A stretch of 63,534 nucleotides of DNA, filler included, from Asterionella formosa (lineage: Eukaryota): assembly GCA_002256025.1 (NCBI GenBank). It is 16 parts of 16 records of this genome, joined end to end, with 100 filler letters (N's around TTAATTAATTAA, not from the genome) between each part and the next. Parts side by side here need not be neighbours in the genome. Positions count along the whole stretch, not along the records: positions 1 to 21,776 come from NKIB01002951.1; 15 more parts are not named here. One strand, written 5' to 3'. Position numbers and translations under genes: made by a program. This document shows, in pieces, positions 1 to 14,200 of the stretch. The notes beneath the pieces are model-generated. The model was given only the letters and a program-made list of their open reading frames with translations, did not search any database and was not told the DNA's origin. Position 1 is the stretch's first letter. Every line of letters begins with the position of its first letter.

Positions 1-1000
1 TTTTTTTTCAGAACACACCATTTTGTCTGAAGAAGACCAAATGCCATTTCTATTCTTATCCTTAGCTGTGAAAGGAAAAAGTTAAATGTATCCTGTGTTG
101 GATCATCACGTTGTGAGCCAACAAAGGGAACAAGCATTACATCAGACAATGTGTAAGCTGCATCGCCGACCAGATAAAAACCTGTGTTGAATGCTGCAAC
201 TCGATCGAAAATGGAAGTTCGTTCAAAAGCTACTTGGTCACTGCATTTTCCCGGTGCAATTACACCAAAATAAATAAATCTTGAGTCAGCATCACAAACA
301 GCCTGGACATTGATTCCATAAGTCATGTAGTGACCGGAAAAAATGAACCAGGGTTGTTGCCACTTTCAACTATAGTCGGGCGGTTGATGGTGGCTAGGAA
401 GCCGTCAATAGCACCAACACATCCTCTCATCATGCCCTCTGAGCTTGTGCATTCAAAGCTGGAAGCCAATTTGATAAATTCTTCTTTTTCTTTTGGAAAA
501 ACAATTTCGAGTTCTCCACAGTTTAGTACAGCATCAATGAACAAATCACGACATCGATAAAGTGAAGCAATGCTACAACCGTAGGCATGACGAATGTCGA
601 TGTAACTGCCACCAGCCAGCCATCGCAAACCAATGGCTACCACAATTTTGGGAATTATGGGCTCAGAAGTGCCACATTTGGAATAATTCCCTGCAATCTG
701 AATTTCCAGCATGGAGGTGAGTTTTTTGAATGCTCTGTGTGACATTCTGTATGTCTTCTCGAAAGCAATCTCGTGATTGAGTTTCTTGACATGTGATTGC
801 CAGGAGATTCTTTCGTGGTGCCACTTGTGCCTTCGTTGTCGTCGTTCAGATGACTGAAGCTGCCGTTTACAGCGTCGCCTTTGTCGTTTGGATGAGTGTT
901 CTTTTTTCTCTGCTTCCTTAGCTAAATGACAGAGGAAGAAGAAATCAAGATCACTACTGTCATCATCATTATCATCAAGTAAATCAAATGGCAACGGCAT
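1..1000 (-). mobile_element. PIF/Harbinger (DDE_Tnp_4) transposase, frameshifted near 338-343, 3' end truncated by contig edge
   Basis: ORF 323-1000 has LRWLAGGSY..I and CVGAIDG. In the adjacent frame I read GHYMTYGINVQAVCDADSRFIYFGVIAPGKCSDQ...YLVGDAAY...FNFFLSQLRIRIEMAFGLLQTKW to position 1, matching Harbinger catalytic motifs. Confidence 0.9.
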
Positions 1001-1783
1001 GATTCATGCAATGGTGTGTTACTAATACAATATATAATTTACCGGTAATTATGATATTTTATGTTGCTGCTTGATATCAAGACCATCATTATATTTTGGA
1101 GGGGTATACACATGATCGTCGCCAGCCAGTTGCCGTTGAAGATCCATGTTACAAAATTTACAAAAGTACATCACAGAATGATTGCATTTTACGCCGTGGT
1201 TCGCTTTTGGCTGTACATTGAGGGGGCCAGGACACTGAATTATTCGGTATGCTGAAAAGGGCTACAGTATGTATTTTTATACTGGTTCTACGCACTGTGC
1301 AGTTTCCGTTGGCATGTTACCAGGTACAGTACTGCGAGTATTTACTGCATGCCGTAATTATTACAGTAGCTGGTTACCATTTACCAGGTAGACCACCACA
1401 GGTAATACTTACACTACATATGATACCGGCGCGCCGCTATCATCATTTACATGTGATCGTAGATCATATGTACGTATCGTCACATGTTGACATCATTCTT
1501 GTGTGATGACACGACCCTATGCATTGTTACCAGGTACCAATCGTATGATGTACGCAAGTACGAATACGAGTAGATTACTGGTTTATCATTTGCTTCATTG
1601 CCTCATCATGTGAGCGATCATGATAATCAGCATCAAATCAGAATGATTTTCGAATTTTATTGCTTGTTGTGAGCTCAACTTTGGAGGAGTATCGGTACAC
1701 GATAAAACCATAAAACCGATTGTGCTCATCATAGCATCCTGATTCTTGTCGCATCGCTGCCATATTGCAATCATTTGCTGACA

Positions 1784-3721
1784 ATGGCTGATCAGGGACC
1801 AATGGCATCGTCATCCTTATCCACGAGGGCTCCTTCCAACGTCTTAAAAAGTACGCTTGGAAAAGGCGTCAACGTTCATGGTGTCAATGTGAAATTTCAC
1901 CCAGCCGCTCTGAAGAATCAGCAGAGGGACCTTTTAGGCGCAATAGATCAAGGGACGAGTTCAACTCGCTTCCTTGTATTTACCAAAAATGGTCAGGTCG
2001 GAGCAAGCGCTCAGATGGAGCACACGCAAATCCTTCCAGAAGGAGAGGATAAAGTTGGCTGGCACGAACACAATCCTATCGAAATCTGGGAAAACACCAA
2101 GACTTGTATTGAAGCAGTCGCGAAGACGCTAAAGAGCAACGCTGGAATCGACCTCCTAAAAAGTCCCTTAAAGGCGATAGGTATCACCAATCAGCGTGAA
2201 ACAACCATCGCTTGGAACGTCAAAACTGGTTGTCCCTACTACAATGCTATTGTTTGGGACGATGTGAGAACATCTCATATCGCAGCACAACTGGGAAACG
2301 TGGACAGTTTGAGAGCGAAAACTGGTTTGCCTCTTGCTTCTTATTTTGCTGGGACTAAGGTGAAGTGGATGTTGGACAATGTTAAACAGCTCAGAGAAGA
2401 TATAGAGTCGAAACCAGATGAAGTCAGATTCGGTACAGTCGATACGTGGCTTGCTTACCAACTGACAGGTGTTGAGTCAGAGCAGGACGGAGCCGCGAAC
2501 GTCGGTGGAATTCACGTGACGGACGTATCTAACAGTTCGCGGTGGCTATTTCTCAACATCCATTCTGTACAGTGGGATCAAGAGTTGGTCGATATTGTTT
2601 GCAGTCCTCATTCCATGCCGACATCGTGCTTGCCCAAGATTTGTTCTTCGAGTCAAATATATGCGGTCTGCAAAGCCAGTTGTGGAATTCCAGTTCTTGA
2701 TATGACGCCTATTTCTTCCATCCTCGGTGATCAGCAGGCTGCATTGTTTGGGCAAACTGCCTTTACACCCGGAGAAGCTAAGAATACATACGGTACGGGC
2801 TTGTTCTTGATGATGAACACAGGAACGAAGCTTGTGTCTTCCAATCACGGCTTGTTAACCACAATTGCCTACCAAATCGGAGTTGATGGTGAGGTGCATT
2901 ACGCCCTAGAGGGAAGCGTGAGCCATGCTGGCTCTACCATTCAATGGCTTCGGGATCAATTGAACTTGATTGAATCTGCTCAACAGTCAGAAACTTTTGC
3001 TGAAACAACCACACACAATGATGGACTATACTTCGTCCCAGCCTTTTCCGGTTTGTTCGCACCTCACTGGAGATCGGACGCGAGAGCTTGCATTGTCGGC
3101 ATGACAGCAACCCATCACAAGGGTCACATTTGTCGTGCGGCGTTGGAGGCTGCAGCATACCAGACCCGCGAAGTATTTGATGCAATTTACGCAGACTCAA
3201 ATGTCCAGTTGAAGGCCTTGAGAGTAGATGGTGGGGGAACAGTGAGCAAGCTCTTGATGCAGTTCCAATCTGATATCATTAATGTTGATGTTGTCAAGCC
3301 AGCAGTAATGGAAACAACGAGCATGGGTGCTGCTTTTGCTGCTGGTTTGGCAGTCGGTGTATGGAAGGATTTGGATGAACTCAGGAATCTTTGGACTGTT
3401 GCTGAGACTTACACGCCTAGCATGGACGAGGACGAGCGTCAAAAGTATTGGAGTGGTTGGCAAAAAGCAGTTTTCAAAAGCTTGGGATGGATCGAAGACG
3501 ATATGCCAAGAGAGACGAAGGACGAAAATGAATCAAAGACAACTTTTGCACATGCTACATCAACACGAGAAATCGCATCTGCTAGGAAGCATATACTTGT
3601 AACAAAGACGGAGGGGAAATCAACAGCAACAGCAAAAGAATCTGGAACTAGTTTTATTTTTGTTATGACTGCGATGCTTGCTGGCATGGTTATTGGAGTT
3701 GCAGTTGGAAGGAAACATTGA
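1784..3721 (+). CDS. GK: Glycerol kinase (FGGY family) with C-terminal hydrophobic tail
   Basis: Motifs GAIDQGTSSTR, GITNQRETT, GDQQAALFGQ, KNTYGTG, YFVPAFSGLFAP, LRVDGG and ETTSMGAAFAAGLAVG. First ATG at 1784; no introns needed. Confidence 0.96.
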   Translation: MADQGPMASSSLSTRAPSNVLKSTLGKGVNVHGVNVKFHPAALKNQQRDLLGAIDQGTSSTRFLVFTKNGQVGASAQMEHTQILPEGEDKVGWHEHNPIEIWENTKTCIEAVAKTLKSNAGIDLLKSPLKAIGITNQRETTIAWNVKTGCPYYNAIVWDDVRTSHIAAQLGNVDSLRAKTGLPLASYFAGTKVKWMLDNVKQLREDIESKPDEVRFGTVDTWLAYQLTGVESEQDGAANVGGIHVTDVSNSSRWLFLNIHSVQWDQELVDIVCSPHSMPTSCLPKICSSSQIYAVCKASCGIPVLDMTPISSILGDQQAALFGQTAFTPGEAKNTYGTGLFLMMNTGTKLVSSNHGLLTTIAYQIGVDGEVHYALEGSVSHAGSTIQWLRDQLNLIESAQQSETFAETTTHNDGLYFVPAFSGLFAPHWRSDARACIVGMTATHHKGHICRAALEAAAYQTREVFDAIYADSNVQLKALRVDGGGTVSKLLMQFQSDIINVDVVKPAVMETTSMGAAFAAGLAVGVWKDLDELRNLWTVAETYTPSMDEDERQKYWSGWQKAVFKSLGWIEDDMPRETKDENESKTTFAHATSTREIASARKHILVTKTEGKSTATAKESGTSFIFVMTAMLAGMVIGVAVGRKH

Positions 3722-5247
3722 ACAAGTATGAAGAACAATGGACTATCTTTTTTACCAGAAACTATTATCATGGTATCTGGTAGCAGACCTAGACCAAAGT
3801 AAAAAGATAGAATGAGTTTTGTTACTGGTACTTCATGGAATGACGAACACTGTTAATCTACAGCACATGTTAGACATAAAATACTATTCTTGATAGTAGA
3901 GGAATATTACACCATACCTCCGGTATAGTCATTCAGTGGTGAACAGGTGCAGTATGGTGGAGATTATTACAACCAAGTAAAATGAATGTGCCACAACTTG
4001 AATGAATGAATTAACGGAAGATTGCCTGCTGTTATGGGCAGTATATCCAACAGGGTATGTAATAAATTCATAAAACACACATTAGTACAATAAAGCATTT
4101 GTTAAATGTTTTCTGCATCAGGTGGCACATGATGGATTCATTGAGACTGGTGCAACATCTGTTAATAATGTGTTCCCTTTCCTTTACTAGTTTATCAGAC
4201 CTTCCTACTCCTTCAAACCCACTCTTTGGATTCATTGAACTTCGATACAGATCCCATCTGGCTGAAGCAGTTCTTGTTGCAAAAAATCGCTGTGTTGAAG
4301 CAGTGCACCTCCAAAGTTTGTACTTGACCGCATTTCTGTTATATCACTCTACCATCACTCCCCAAGCTTTCCAAATAGGAGTTGCCAAAATGATTGTAAC
4401 CCCCTAAAACACTCATGCTACATGGTGCCAATTTTTAAACTGACACTCACAGAAAGGGTGTATATTGGTGAAAGCTCCGTTTAGCGATACACATTTACGT
4501 TTCACTCGTAAGAAGTGGTTTCTTCATACAATTCACAATATTATACTGGTGTGATGCGTAGAGTATGGACATTGTGACCGGCTTGTAAAATTTTGCTATA
4601 TTAATAGATTACCCGTATTTTACAGTTATTTGCAATCAAAGTACCGGTACATAAGCCGCACCAGAGATCATCGCTTACCGGTATTCGATGAGCAAGAGCA
4701 AAGCCAGCAACAAGGAAATTGTTCAAACCAAGCAAGTACGGTGGTTCATAGCAGAGTCTGGTACTGGTAATAATACCGTGATCATCATCGCTCAGTTACA
4801 ACGTACTAAGAATAGGTACCGGTACTCCTGCTCAGTATCATTCTGCATATCATTGGGTACTATAATTGATAATTAAAAACATACAAAAAATAACGAGCAA
4901 AAATAATAAAATCATTTTTGTTTTATTACGAAAGGCAGGGTCTTGGTCAAATGTTGATGATTGATTGTGGTTCCCGCTACCATAACAAGACATAGTATAC
5001 AATACAAACCGACAGATCTCATCGCTTGTCCCTCACACGTTGTAAAATCAGCGAGAGCAAGCGAAGGATATGCGTGCAAGGACCTGCTTTCTTGCCTTGT
5101 TCCCTGTTACCACCTTTGTTCTTCCAAGGAATATACCGGTGTTCTTAGTTTCCACAAATTAGCATTGGCTGACGTTGCGATCATTTCGAATCCTCCACCG
5201 ACGATTCAAATTCGACTTGCTCCACAATTTCAACTTTATACGTACCT

Positions 5248-8200
5248 ATGGAATCAGACGAGGATAAAGATGGAGATCTAGCCCGCCGACAGCGGGAGAT
5301 CTCGATGTTTTCTGCATTGGCAGCTGGATGCGCAATCACATCGGATACTACTGACCCAGAAGCAAATTTCACAACTGCTCAATCAGGAGATATCCAGCCG
5401 TTTGTGACCGAAGAATCGATAATGTCACGAGAGCACAAGGATTCAGTGCCCTCGTTTGCGGATGCCACTTCGAACGTTGACGATTCCGGTACCTTTGAAA
5501 TTAAGTCACAGTCGAAATCTACATCGGAGGCAGTCTCATCCAACCTCGAAGCGGCACTGGCTGCGCTTACTGGGGAAGAACCTTCGAAGCCTGTTGCAGC
5601 GGCATTTTTCCCTCCGACTGTTGCGCGCACCCCAGCAACGTTGAATCAACCAATCATAGCCATGCATAGTGAACCAGTTTTTTTGCCACGACCTCTCTTT
5701 TACGGGCCATTGATACCACCGCGAGTGTTGCGCGAAACTAGACAACTTGTGGCCGAAGCGATGAAGGAAAGAGGGATCGAAGGCAGCGCCAAGAAACCTC
5801 CACGCATCAGTCTTCTCCCACCCCAAATTCGAAACCTGATTGGAGCTATCGACGCATTTGGATACGGGTTAAGTCCTTTCCCATCTGACGATGAACCCGA
5901 TGAATCTGATCCTTCCTATTTCACTGGAAATTCATACGTATCCACTTATCAACCTGTTTGGGGTGCGTCGACACGAGCTACGCGTGAGAATGAACGCAAG
6001 CGGAAACGCATTATTCGACTTTACTCCTTGGATAGATCCGCAAAAGGAGAAGGAACTCGTGAATGTAGTAGCGACATCGACCCGGCAACAGCACCTCAAG
6101 AATCGACTAACAATCCCATCGAAAAACAACCTCAAACTCCACCTTCCGCTGACAGTGGGTCTGAGAAAGTTAGATTTTCTCAGTTGCACTACCGGAAAGA
6201 AAGCAGCCTAAAGTCAATGGACGATTCAGAACAAACAGCGGCAAAGTCCCATAGTTACATCAAAGGTCATGGAACCGCACCAACGACTGAAACAGACAGG
6301 AACCATTTGGCGCATCGTGCTACTGAAAACTTTCCTTCAAGTGCAAGCTTAAAAAACTCACTAGAACAGAACAAGACACAACGTCCTGTCGGAAACGAGA
6401 AGGTTCAAAGTGAGCCGAGATTAGAGTCTACCCGTGAACCGGTTACCGATAAAAATCAATTTACAAATTGGCTACTTTCCGGCGAAAGCGGCGACATGGG
6501 AAAGCCAAGTGCCTCGAAGAAGGCAATATCAGAGAAAGAGCTTTTCTCGCAATGGGCTCGAGGAGAATCACCCAACACACCATCGTTTGGGTCTAGATCA
6601 GGAACCGGGGAATTGAAATCGGAAAGGAAACCTGTAAATTCTGAAACTTTTCGTAATCTTGTTCCTATTCATGACGATAGCGACGACGACTCAGTTGTAG
6701 GATCGGAGATGAAAAAAAAAGTGGGCATAAACGAGCATCTCGATGCAGCACTGAAATCATTAGCGCAAGAAAGTGTCGCTCTAACTGGAAACACAACAAC
6801 CGCTAGCGAGAGTATGTCAGCTGCAGATTCTCAGGCATTTCTATCCCAATTGGCGCGAACAACAATTGGCGGACGACCACTCACGAACCTGGAACTCACC
6901 AACGGTTCCATTCCACTCTATGAATGCGATGATGCGTCGTTGCCGAGTGAGTCAGATCTTGGCATCTACGAAACCAAGGAAGAGCACCTAAGAAATATCG
7001 AAATCAAAAGATCGCAAGATATTGTCGAAAAGTATTCTGTCCCAGATATTTTCTGTCCTATTTCTTGTCCCAACCCCTGTTCAGACCCGGACGACAATCA
7101 CAGTTGGAACTCCAGGTCGACCGTTTCAAAGAAATCAGTTAGTACACAGCAGACAGGCCTTTTGCCAGTTCCCGAAACTGTTGGCAATCGGAAAAACCAA
7201 TTCGTTTCTCCCGGAAGAAAAATCAACCATTCCTTCAATGACAACAAATCAGTGCAACGGGGGGCAAGCAGTACTTCAGCTTCACTCCTGCCGACGGCCC
7301 AATCCCCTAAAGCAAGGACAATAGAACTGAAAAAAGCAACAAAAGCTTATAATCAGCAAAACTCGGTGGTTACTAATGTTAGATATGGTTGGTGGAGTAT
7401 TCGTGACCAAGACGAGCTGACCGAGGAAGACGCGGAAAACGAGTGCTATGCCAAGGAAGTTGAAACAAGGTTTCATCTCCCTCCCTTTGAACATGCGGCA
7501 GACTCTTTGCTCATCAGCAATTCATTGTCTCCTTCTCCATCTATTCTAAAAGAAGAGAATTCGCCTCTTTCTCACATGCATCCTGCTACTTCAATTGCCA
7601 ATACGCTACCATTTCTCTCTGACCGTCCTCCTAGTTGGAGGTATATTCAAATAGACGCAAAAGCAGTTGGGTTCAGACCAGTCGGAGGTGAGATTGAGCC
7701 TCTATTTTGCTCGTTGGCGATTTATCACGTGGACACCCATCGCAGTAGCACCGCAAGTGCTAGGGACGCGCCCACTCCGAATTTGCAACGCTGCGGGAGA
7801 GTGACAGAAGTACTCAACTTTGATGTGGTGACCGATAAGGATATCGAAGCTCGTTGTCAATCAGCCCTTTGGCCGTATTTGGAAGGCAGGGACGATGTAC
7901 CGGCGTCGGAACGCACACAAGGAACTCGATGTGGTGTCTTTCCGATTCCCTCAAACTTGAATCTGGTAAATTTGTATGCGATAATTATTGTGCGAAAAGT
8001 ATTCTCAGATGAGTCAGACATAGATGTGTACATGCCTTTACATGAGAACTCCGAAAGTAAAGGAATGTATCCAAGGTCACCAGGATTAGATTTGACCGGG
8101 TACAGATCGACAGCCGAAAAAGCTAGTCAAAGGCACGGAAAAGTGTTAATGCCTTTCGCTTTTGGAGTGGCACCCATTCTTCAAGTGTTTGGCACCGATG

Positions 8201-11200
8201 TACCGACAGTTGCGGCAAGTCGCGCAGTAGGTATCCCTCTGTTTCGGTTAACCCCAGGTTTAGGAGATAAACCCATCATTGATCATATAATGGTAATGCT
8301 GTATCCAAGGTAAGTTGATTTTATCATGGCTGTCCACAAATATAATCATATTGACTAACAGCAATTGTCACTGCCTTAGAGCGGATCACCAAAATGCAGG
8401 CCCAGCTCCATTGACAAATGGTGGGCAAGCAATGTTGGTAATGCGGAACTATGGATTTCTTGGTTTGCACAACGTTGTGAATAGCAAGAGCAAAATTGCT
8501 CGACAGAGACTTGTGGACCCGTCGGGAGAACTTCAACTTCGAGAGTGCCGGTCCCCACAGAATGCGGCTGATTCACGCATGCATCACTTTATTGGTCGTT
8601 CCGATCGAGATTATGTTGCTCCAGCATGGCACGAAAGCTTTGTTTCCGAGCCTACAACTAATGGCGGACGGAATGTGATCGAAGTAAGACGTATATCGAT
8701 GAAAGAGACTGAGCGCAAGGAAAACTCACCCGAAAACGCTACTGCCGCGAAGGATGCAGTCGTCAATCCAAATTTTTATGCCCAAGAGCTTGCTCCAGTA
8801 CCGTTGCAACTAAATCCACCCTCAGGTAGCCCATTGTATAGTTCCTCAAGCAGGACGAGGAGGACTGGTTTAGGTACGAATCCGGAACCCTCGTTTCACA
8901 CAGCGTTCTGCAACGAACTACTGTGCACTCCAAGACTGCTGCACAATTGCCCCAGGGGAAATGTTGTCATAAGGGTAGAGTTTCGCGAGCTTGAATGGAG
9001 AGATGACCTCAGTGGGTTTCTAGCAGAACTTCCTCAGTACGGCCCAAGTATGTACAACCCTAGGCGTGGCCCTGCGTTTGTAACCGAAGCGTTTACATCG
9101 TGCCTACCATCGACATCGTTCTCTTACTTCATGGACGAATTCAAGCTTAGACTTCCACTTACGTTGCAGCGGTACGACCCATCGGTAAACCGCAAGCTTG
9201 TTATTCTCTTCTCAGTTTTTCGAGTCGCGAACAAGACGAAAAAATCATGGACTGAACGGTTGGTGACCAAAACAGGAAAAGCAATTACGCAGCGACTTGG
9301 CGCATCGAAACTCCCAGACAGTCCTGACGAGTCTACCAGTATTTCTGGTGAAGACTCTGACGGGCAGAAATCAAAACTCACTTTGGCTTGTTGTGGTTAT
9401 GTGCCAATAACGCTCCACAGTGAAATCTGCAGCCTTATTGGCAGCGGCCTTTTCGACGTTAAGATGTCGTACACCGCGTCTTTTGCACCAGATGGAGTGA
9501 GTTCGACATCTGGAGCACTGATCCTTCGTCAAAATTTGTCTTTGGACAGGCATCATCTGTCACGATCAGATTTGCCGATGTCGGGCGGTTTGTCTACTAA
9601 TGATCCCCACGAAGTGGTTGGCGATTCAGGTGACCGGCTTGGCTTCGGAGCAGACGATATTTTAGACGATTCTCTGTTTGGAAGCGAACGCGCGTTTTCC
9701 GAAGCTCATACAAATCCAGAGAATGTTCCCTCTGATTATGAAACAACAATCAGTGCCGTTTCCGAAGCGACAATGGATCTTCCTGCAAAAATCACAACCA
9801 TTAAACCATCAGAAACCATGAGCCTACAAGTCCGAATTGTTGTGCGATCGTCACTTCATCCTCAAAACGCAACGCTTAGGGATTTCCTGCAGCGTTTTCC
9901 TGACCTTCCCGTTGCTTTGGATGCATCTGCTCTTCGCCCCCTGTCCATATGGAGGTTAGATAGAAGGGATTTGATTGCATATCAGGAAAAGGAGGTGGTT
10001 GCAGTGAACACATACCAAGCCGATGAAGAAGTAAGTCGGCTGATTGTGTCCACAATTGATATTAGCAAGCCATCGCTTTGTCCCCCTTCAGTGACTTCAG
10101 CTCATTGGGTTCGCACGGTATCGCAACTCCTAAGGCTTGCCGTCTCGGGAAATGGTGAAGCTGCTGTGCTATGGGCAAATCCAGCAGCATTAATTCCATT
10201 GCGTATTCACGCCTTCGCTTCCTTTCTACAATTACTCAGTAGTTGTTCGGCCTATTTGATGAAGAATGGTGCCACACAACTTGATGGGAAAAGTAAGTGG
10301 AATGTGACAACGTTGGGTAGACTTGTTGCTATGATCTTCGATGAGTCGATGATGTTTGAAGATCGCACAAGCCATGCCGACGAGCCATTTGACCCTGAGG
10401 ACTGGACACTGGTACCAGATACAGGACCAGTACCACCAAAGTATGACGAAAGTCACTTTGAAGTATTGGCGAAAAATGGACTTAAGAAGAGACACAACCG
10501 AACAAATTCTGATAATTTGTTCCTTAGCACCGAGGCTAGAGACAGTTTTGGCTTCGGCACCTCCGACGGATTGAAGGGACAGAAAAAATTAGGGAATCAA
10601 GACCCAGTATCTCTTTCGCCCGATGTCAACATGATCCTATCGGCTATGAACCATAAAGAAATCAAGAGCCTCGAAGAAATTGATTCCGCTTTAGACCTTC
10701 AAGGGCACCTCCAACGACATGATCAGCTAGTAAGAGCAGGAAAGGTTGATTCCAAAACCGACTTTCAACATGCATTAATGGCTGGCGCTGTTGATTATTC
10801 TTTTACTGATAATACGTCTGCATTCAATGGTGGAAAAGCCATTGGCGTTGGCAGCGGCGGTGTCAACAGTAACATCCGACGTAAATTCATGACTGTCCCT
10901 TCGTCTTCTTTGGCTACAATCAAAGAAGACTTGGACGGTGACGAACAAGCCGAGTCAGACGTGTTCATGGGACATGCTGGGCAACCTAAAGCCCCGAATT
11001 ATCCTTTGGATTCAGAAATGATAATCAGTGAAAAGAACAGTTCCATAAAGCAAATGCGCGTTCCAAAGGTGAGCAAAAGTATCGCCATCCCAACGAGGTT
11101 GGACGCAGACAAACAACTAATGCAATTGGAAGCGAGAACTGTGGTAGTAAAAGATGAGGACATCGAAAGTGCAGGGGCCGCATTTTTGGACGTGTTAGGA

Positions 11201-14200
11201 CAAAACCTTGGATACAGGTAAGTTGTGTCAACATTTTTTTTCTTCAATGCATTCGGCCTTCCTCACACATCTTCCACAAGATCTATACCAATGAAAATTT
11301 CTGTTGGTGATGAACTGCGAGTTGGACGCACCAATCATCGAAAAGCGCGCAGTCACTCCAGTAGTATTGACTGGACTCTCCCTGACATTGACTTGATGAC
11401 TGAGAGCAGTCAAACTGATGCGTCCATTGTATCTATTCATAGCAGCACACCAACAAATGACGGAACGCGAGTGACGCCGCGTAGCGAAGAGAGAAAGGGC
11501 ACAGGAGAGTTTTCCTCTGAAATGGATGTTTCAATGTCAGCACTGAAAGACGAAGGCAAGAATGTTCGAGCTTTGCCAAATTATATCGATCGTATTCTCA
11601 ACATCGGAAAAGCAAGTTATCCAGTGCGCTGGCACCCATTCGCCTATGAGGTCATTATATTTCAATGGGTGGCCCTTTTGAAGGAGCAACGACGAAGCGG
11701 AGAGAAAGTGAGCGAGAAAGGCGAAAGGCGATTGCCTCGCAATGACTACCCACAAGGTGCAGATCATGAAGGTACAAGTGCTCTAACGGATGCCGCAAAT
11801 CGAGCCCGTGGAGTGACCATCGCATGTGCTCCTGTTCTATTCGAGATTATAAAGAAGAGTTTAGGTTGGAGGCTTCACAGCTTAATTCGCAGGGCCGATT
11901 CAAGTGAAATGAATCCCTTGCAGAATTCTTGTCCACCTCTAGTTGCACTTGATAGTTCCATCATGTCCAACATTGAGTATTTGATTACTATGTTGACTGA
12001 TGCCTGTATCGATAACCGCAATTTCGATTCTTGGGAGTACAGACAGACAAGCATTGATGTCAACGACGCAATTGTGAGGTTCATTCGAGATTTGTTCGCA
12101 TTTCTTGACACTCCAGTTGTCCACCGGCTTATTTTGATTTATTTTTCTCGCTTTGGTGTTAAGGAAGGGAAGCGCTGGCAAGATCGAGACTCCAAAACTG
12201 GTCTAAGATGCTCTTGGGAAGTCTGCAAACTGCGACTAAACGCAGTCACTACATTCATCCGATTCCAGGATTTCACAAGGATAAACTCACCTCAAATGAT
12301 GAATTGGGGATCCTGGCCGTTGCGAGCATCCTCGCAAGAGACAAGGAAATTTTTCAACGAATCGCTAAAATTGTTTCTTTCCTTTGAAATGTCGAGTTTT
12401 ACAAATGCGGAAGGACCTAATGACAAGTGCATTGTTTTCCCAGCCATGAAGCCTCACTGGCTCGCCGAAATCGTTATTGATGTTTGCTTGTCCGGGACAG
12501 AACATGCCGAACAGCACATCCAGCACCGAGCCGCGTCATTGTTACACGAGCTTTTCTGGTCTCAGAGCCAAGAAGCAAGGGCAAACGGAACATCGCCTAT
12601 TGTGGCCAGCATGTATATTACTTTCCTCGTCAAAATCTTGAATCATGTTTCGTATATTGCGAGTCTGGCTCCCAAAAGTCAGCTTCGCCAAGATATAATA
12701 CCGTGTGTAATCTTTGTTGTTCAATGTGCCCCTGTCTGTCTCCTCAGAGGACTTTGGAGGAAGCTATGCAAAGCAGCCGAAGGAAAAGGGAATGATGAAA
12801 GATTTGGTGTCACATTCACCTCAACGGCTTACACCGACACAACGAGCAAGGAAAGAGGAAATGCATCCCCATCATTCAGCGAACGCATTTTCGAGCCTAA
12901 TGTTCTTGACATGTTTAGCCTTTTCAATTTAGCACTCGCGTCGTTTGAATACGAAGGATGCGAGGATCAAGTCGAAACTGAAAACGGAGCAGAAGACAGT
13001 GACCAAATTTCAATTTGGAGAAAGGAATTCCTTCCTGCTGTGGAGCAAGATTTGCATCAAAGACAACGATATCCAAGAATAAATGGTCGTGAACGGCTAG
13101 AGGAGGAAGTATCGAAGGATGCCAAGAGGTTTACAAGTTCCACTTCCCGAAAGTGGCATTCCCACGATGGAGCCATTGTTGTCATCAACACATGCCGATA
13201 CATTGTTCGAGAAATGGTTTTTATGAAAAGTATGACTGTTCACAACGTTTCTGCTGGACAGTCGGCCACAGAAAACACCAATCTGAGAGACAGCTTCGTT
13301 GACACAAATCTTCATTTTGATGGGTTCCTCGATCTCTATAAGGACAGAGCAACTGATGAACTTTGCTTTTCAGACGCAGACACCGTTGTTTTCGTAAGGG
13401 CAGTTTCGTCAGTATACCTCCACTGTCTCGTTCTCCGGCAAAGCGACATCGTAAGAGTGAAGACCTTGATCGCGTCCGTCGAGCTTGTCAAAATCTACGG
13501 CGTGAAAGGCTTCCTGCAAGCTGTCGGTGAAACACTGCAACACTGGATGCGTGTTGTTATCCTCCATTGTGGGGCCCGACGTGCCCAGGTGCGAGTGCAA
13601 GCTCTGGAGTTTTTAGCCCTCATTCTTCGCGTGACGTGGAACTGCTATGGCAGTTTCTCGCGAGTGCGATTACCTCTATTAGCAGTCCAGACTGAGGTGA
13701 TGGAAAGGATTGTAGCAACCGCAGCAACTCGTTTCTATCGCGAACAGCGCCGTATGGGTATGCAAATCCAGTCTCTGTCGAACGACAGCGCCGAGGCGAG
13801 TTTATCACTTCTTTGGCGTACCCTCGATCGCCTTCATCACCAGTCAGCAAGCCAAAATATCTCCTTTAGGAGTGATGTCATTCGGTTGGCAGAAAAAACT
13901 AAAAAGCTATATAGAGCATATATCGCCGCTCATGCATTAGCAATTCTCAACAGGTCACGATCACCATTGTCCCCAAGTAACAGTATGACAAACGACGAAG
14001 ATGAGCGCTCTGACGTCAAGGAGATGCTACAGAGTCGCCGAATTAGCGTGCATCGCATTATCATGGCATCCGCTGGGTATTGCAAAACATTTGTTGGCAC
14101 ACAGAAGGCATCGTCACAAGGGCCACCGGTGGCCCATAACGAGGCCGTCGAAGATGCTTTCCTCGCTGCAGCTGATGTTTTTTCCCCAACAGAGCTCCCT

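Noticed and set aside
1784..3721. Bacterial origin or contamination suggested by the intronless glpK-like gene
   Set aside because: Same contig as an intron-containing DOCK gene and eukaryotic transposons; intronless genes are common in diatoms.
5248..11221. Three separate genes (1021, 968 and 1850 aa) as given in the ORF track
   Set aside because: Canonical introns join them in frame and the DOCK domains run in order across them.
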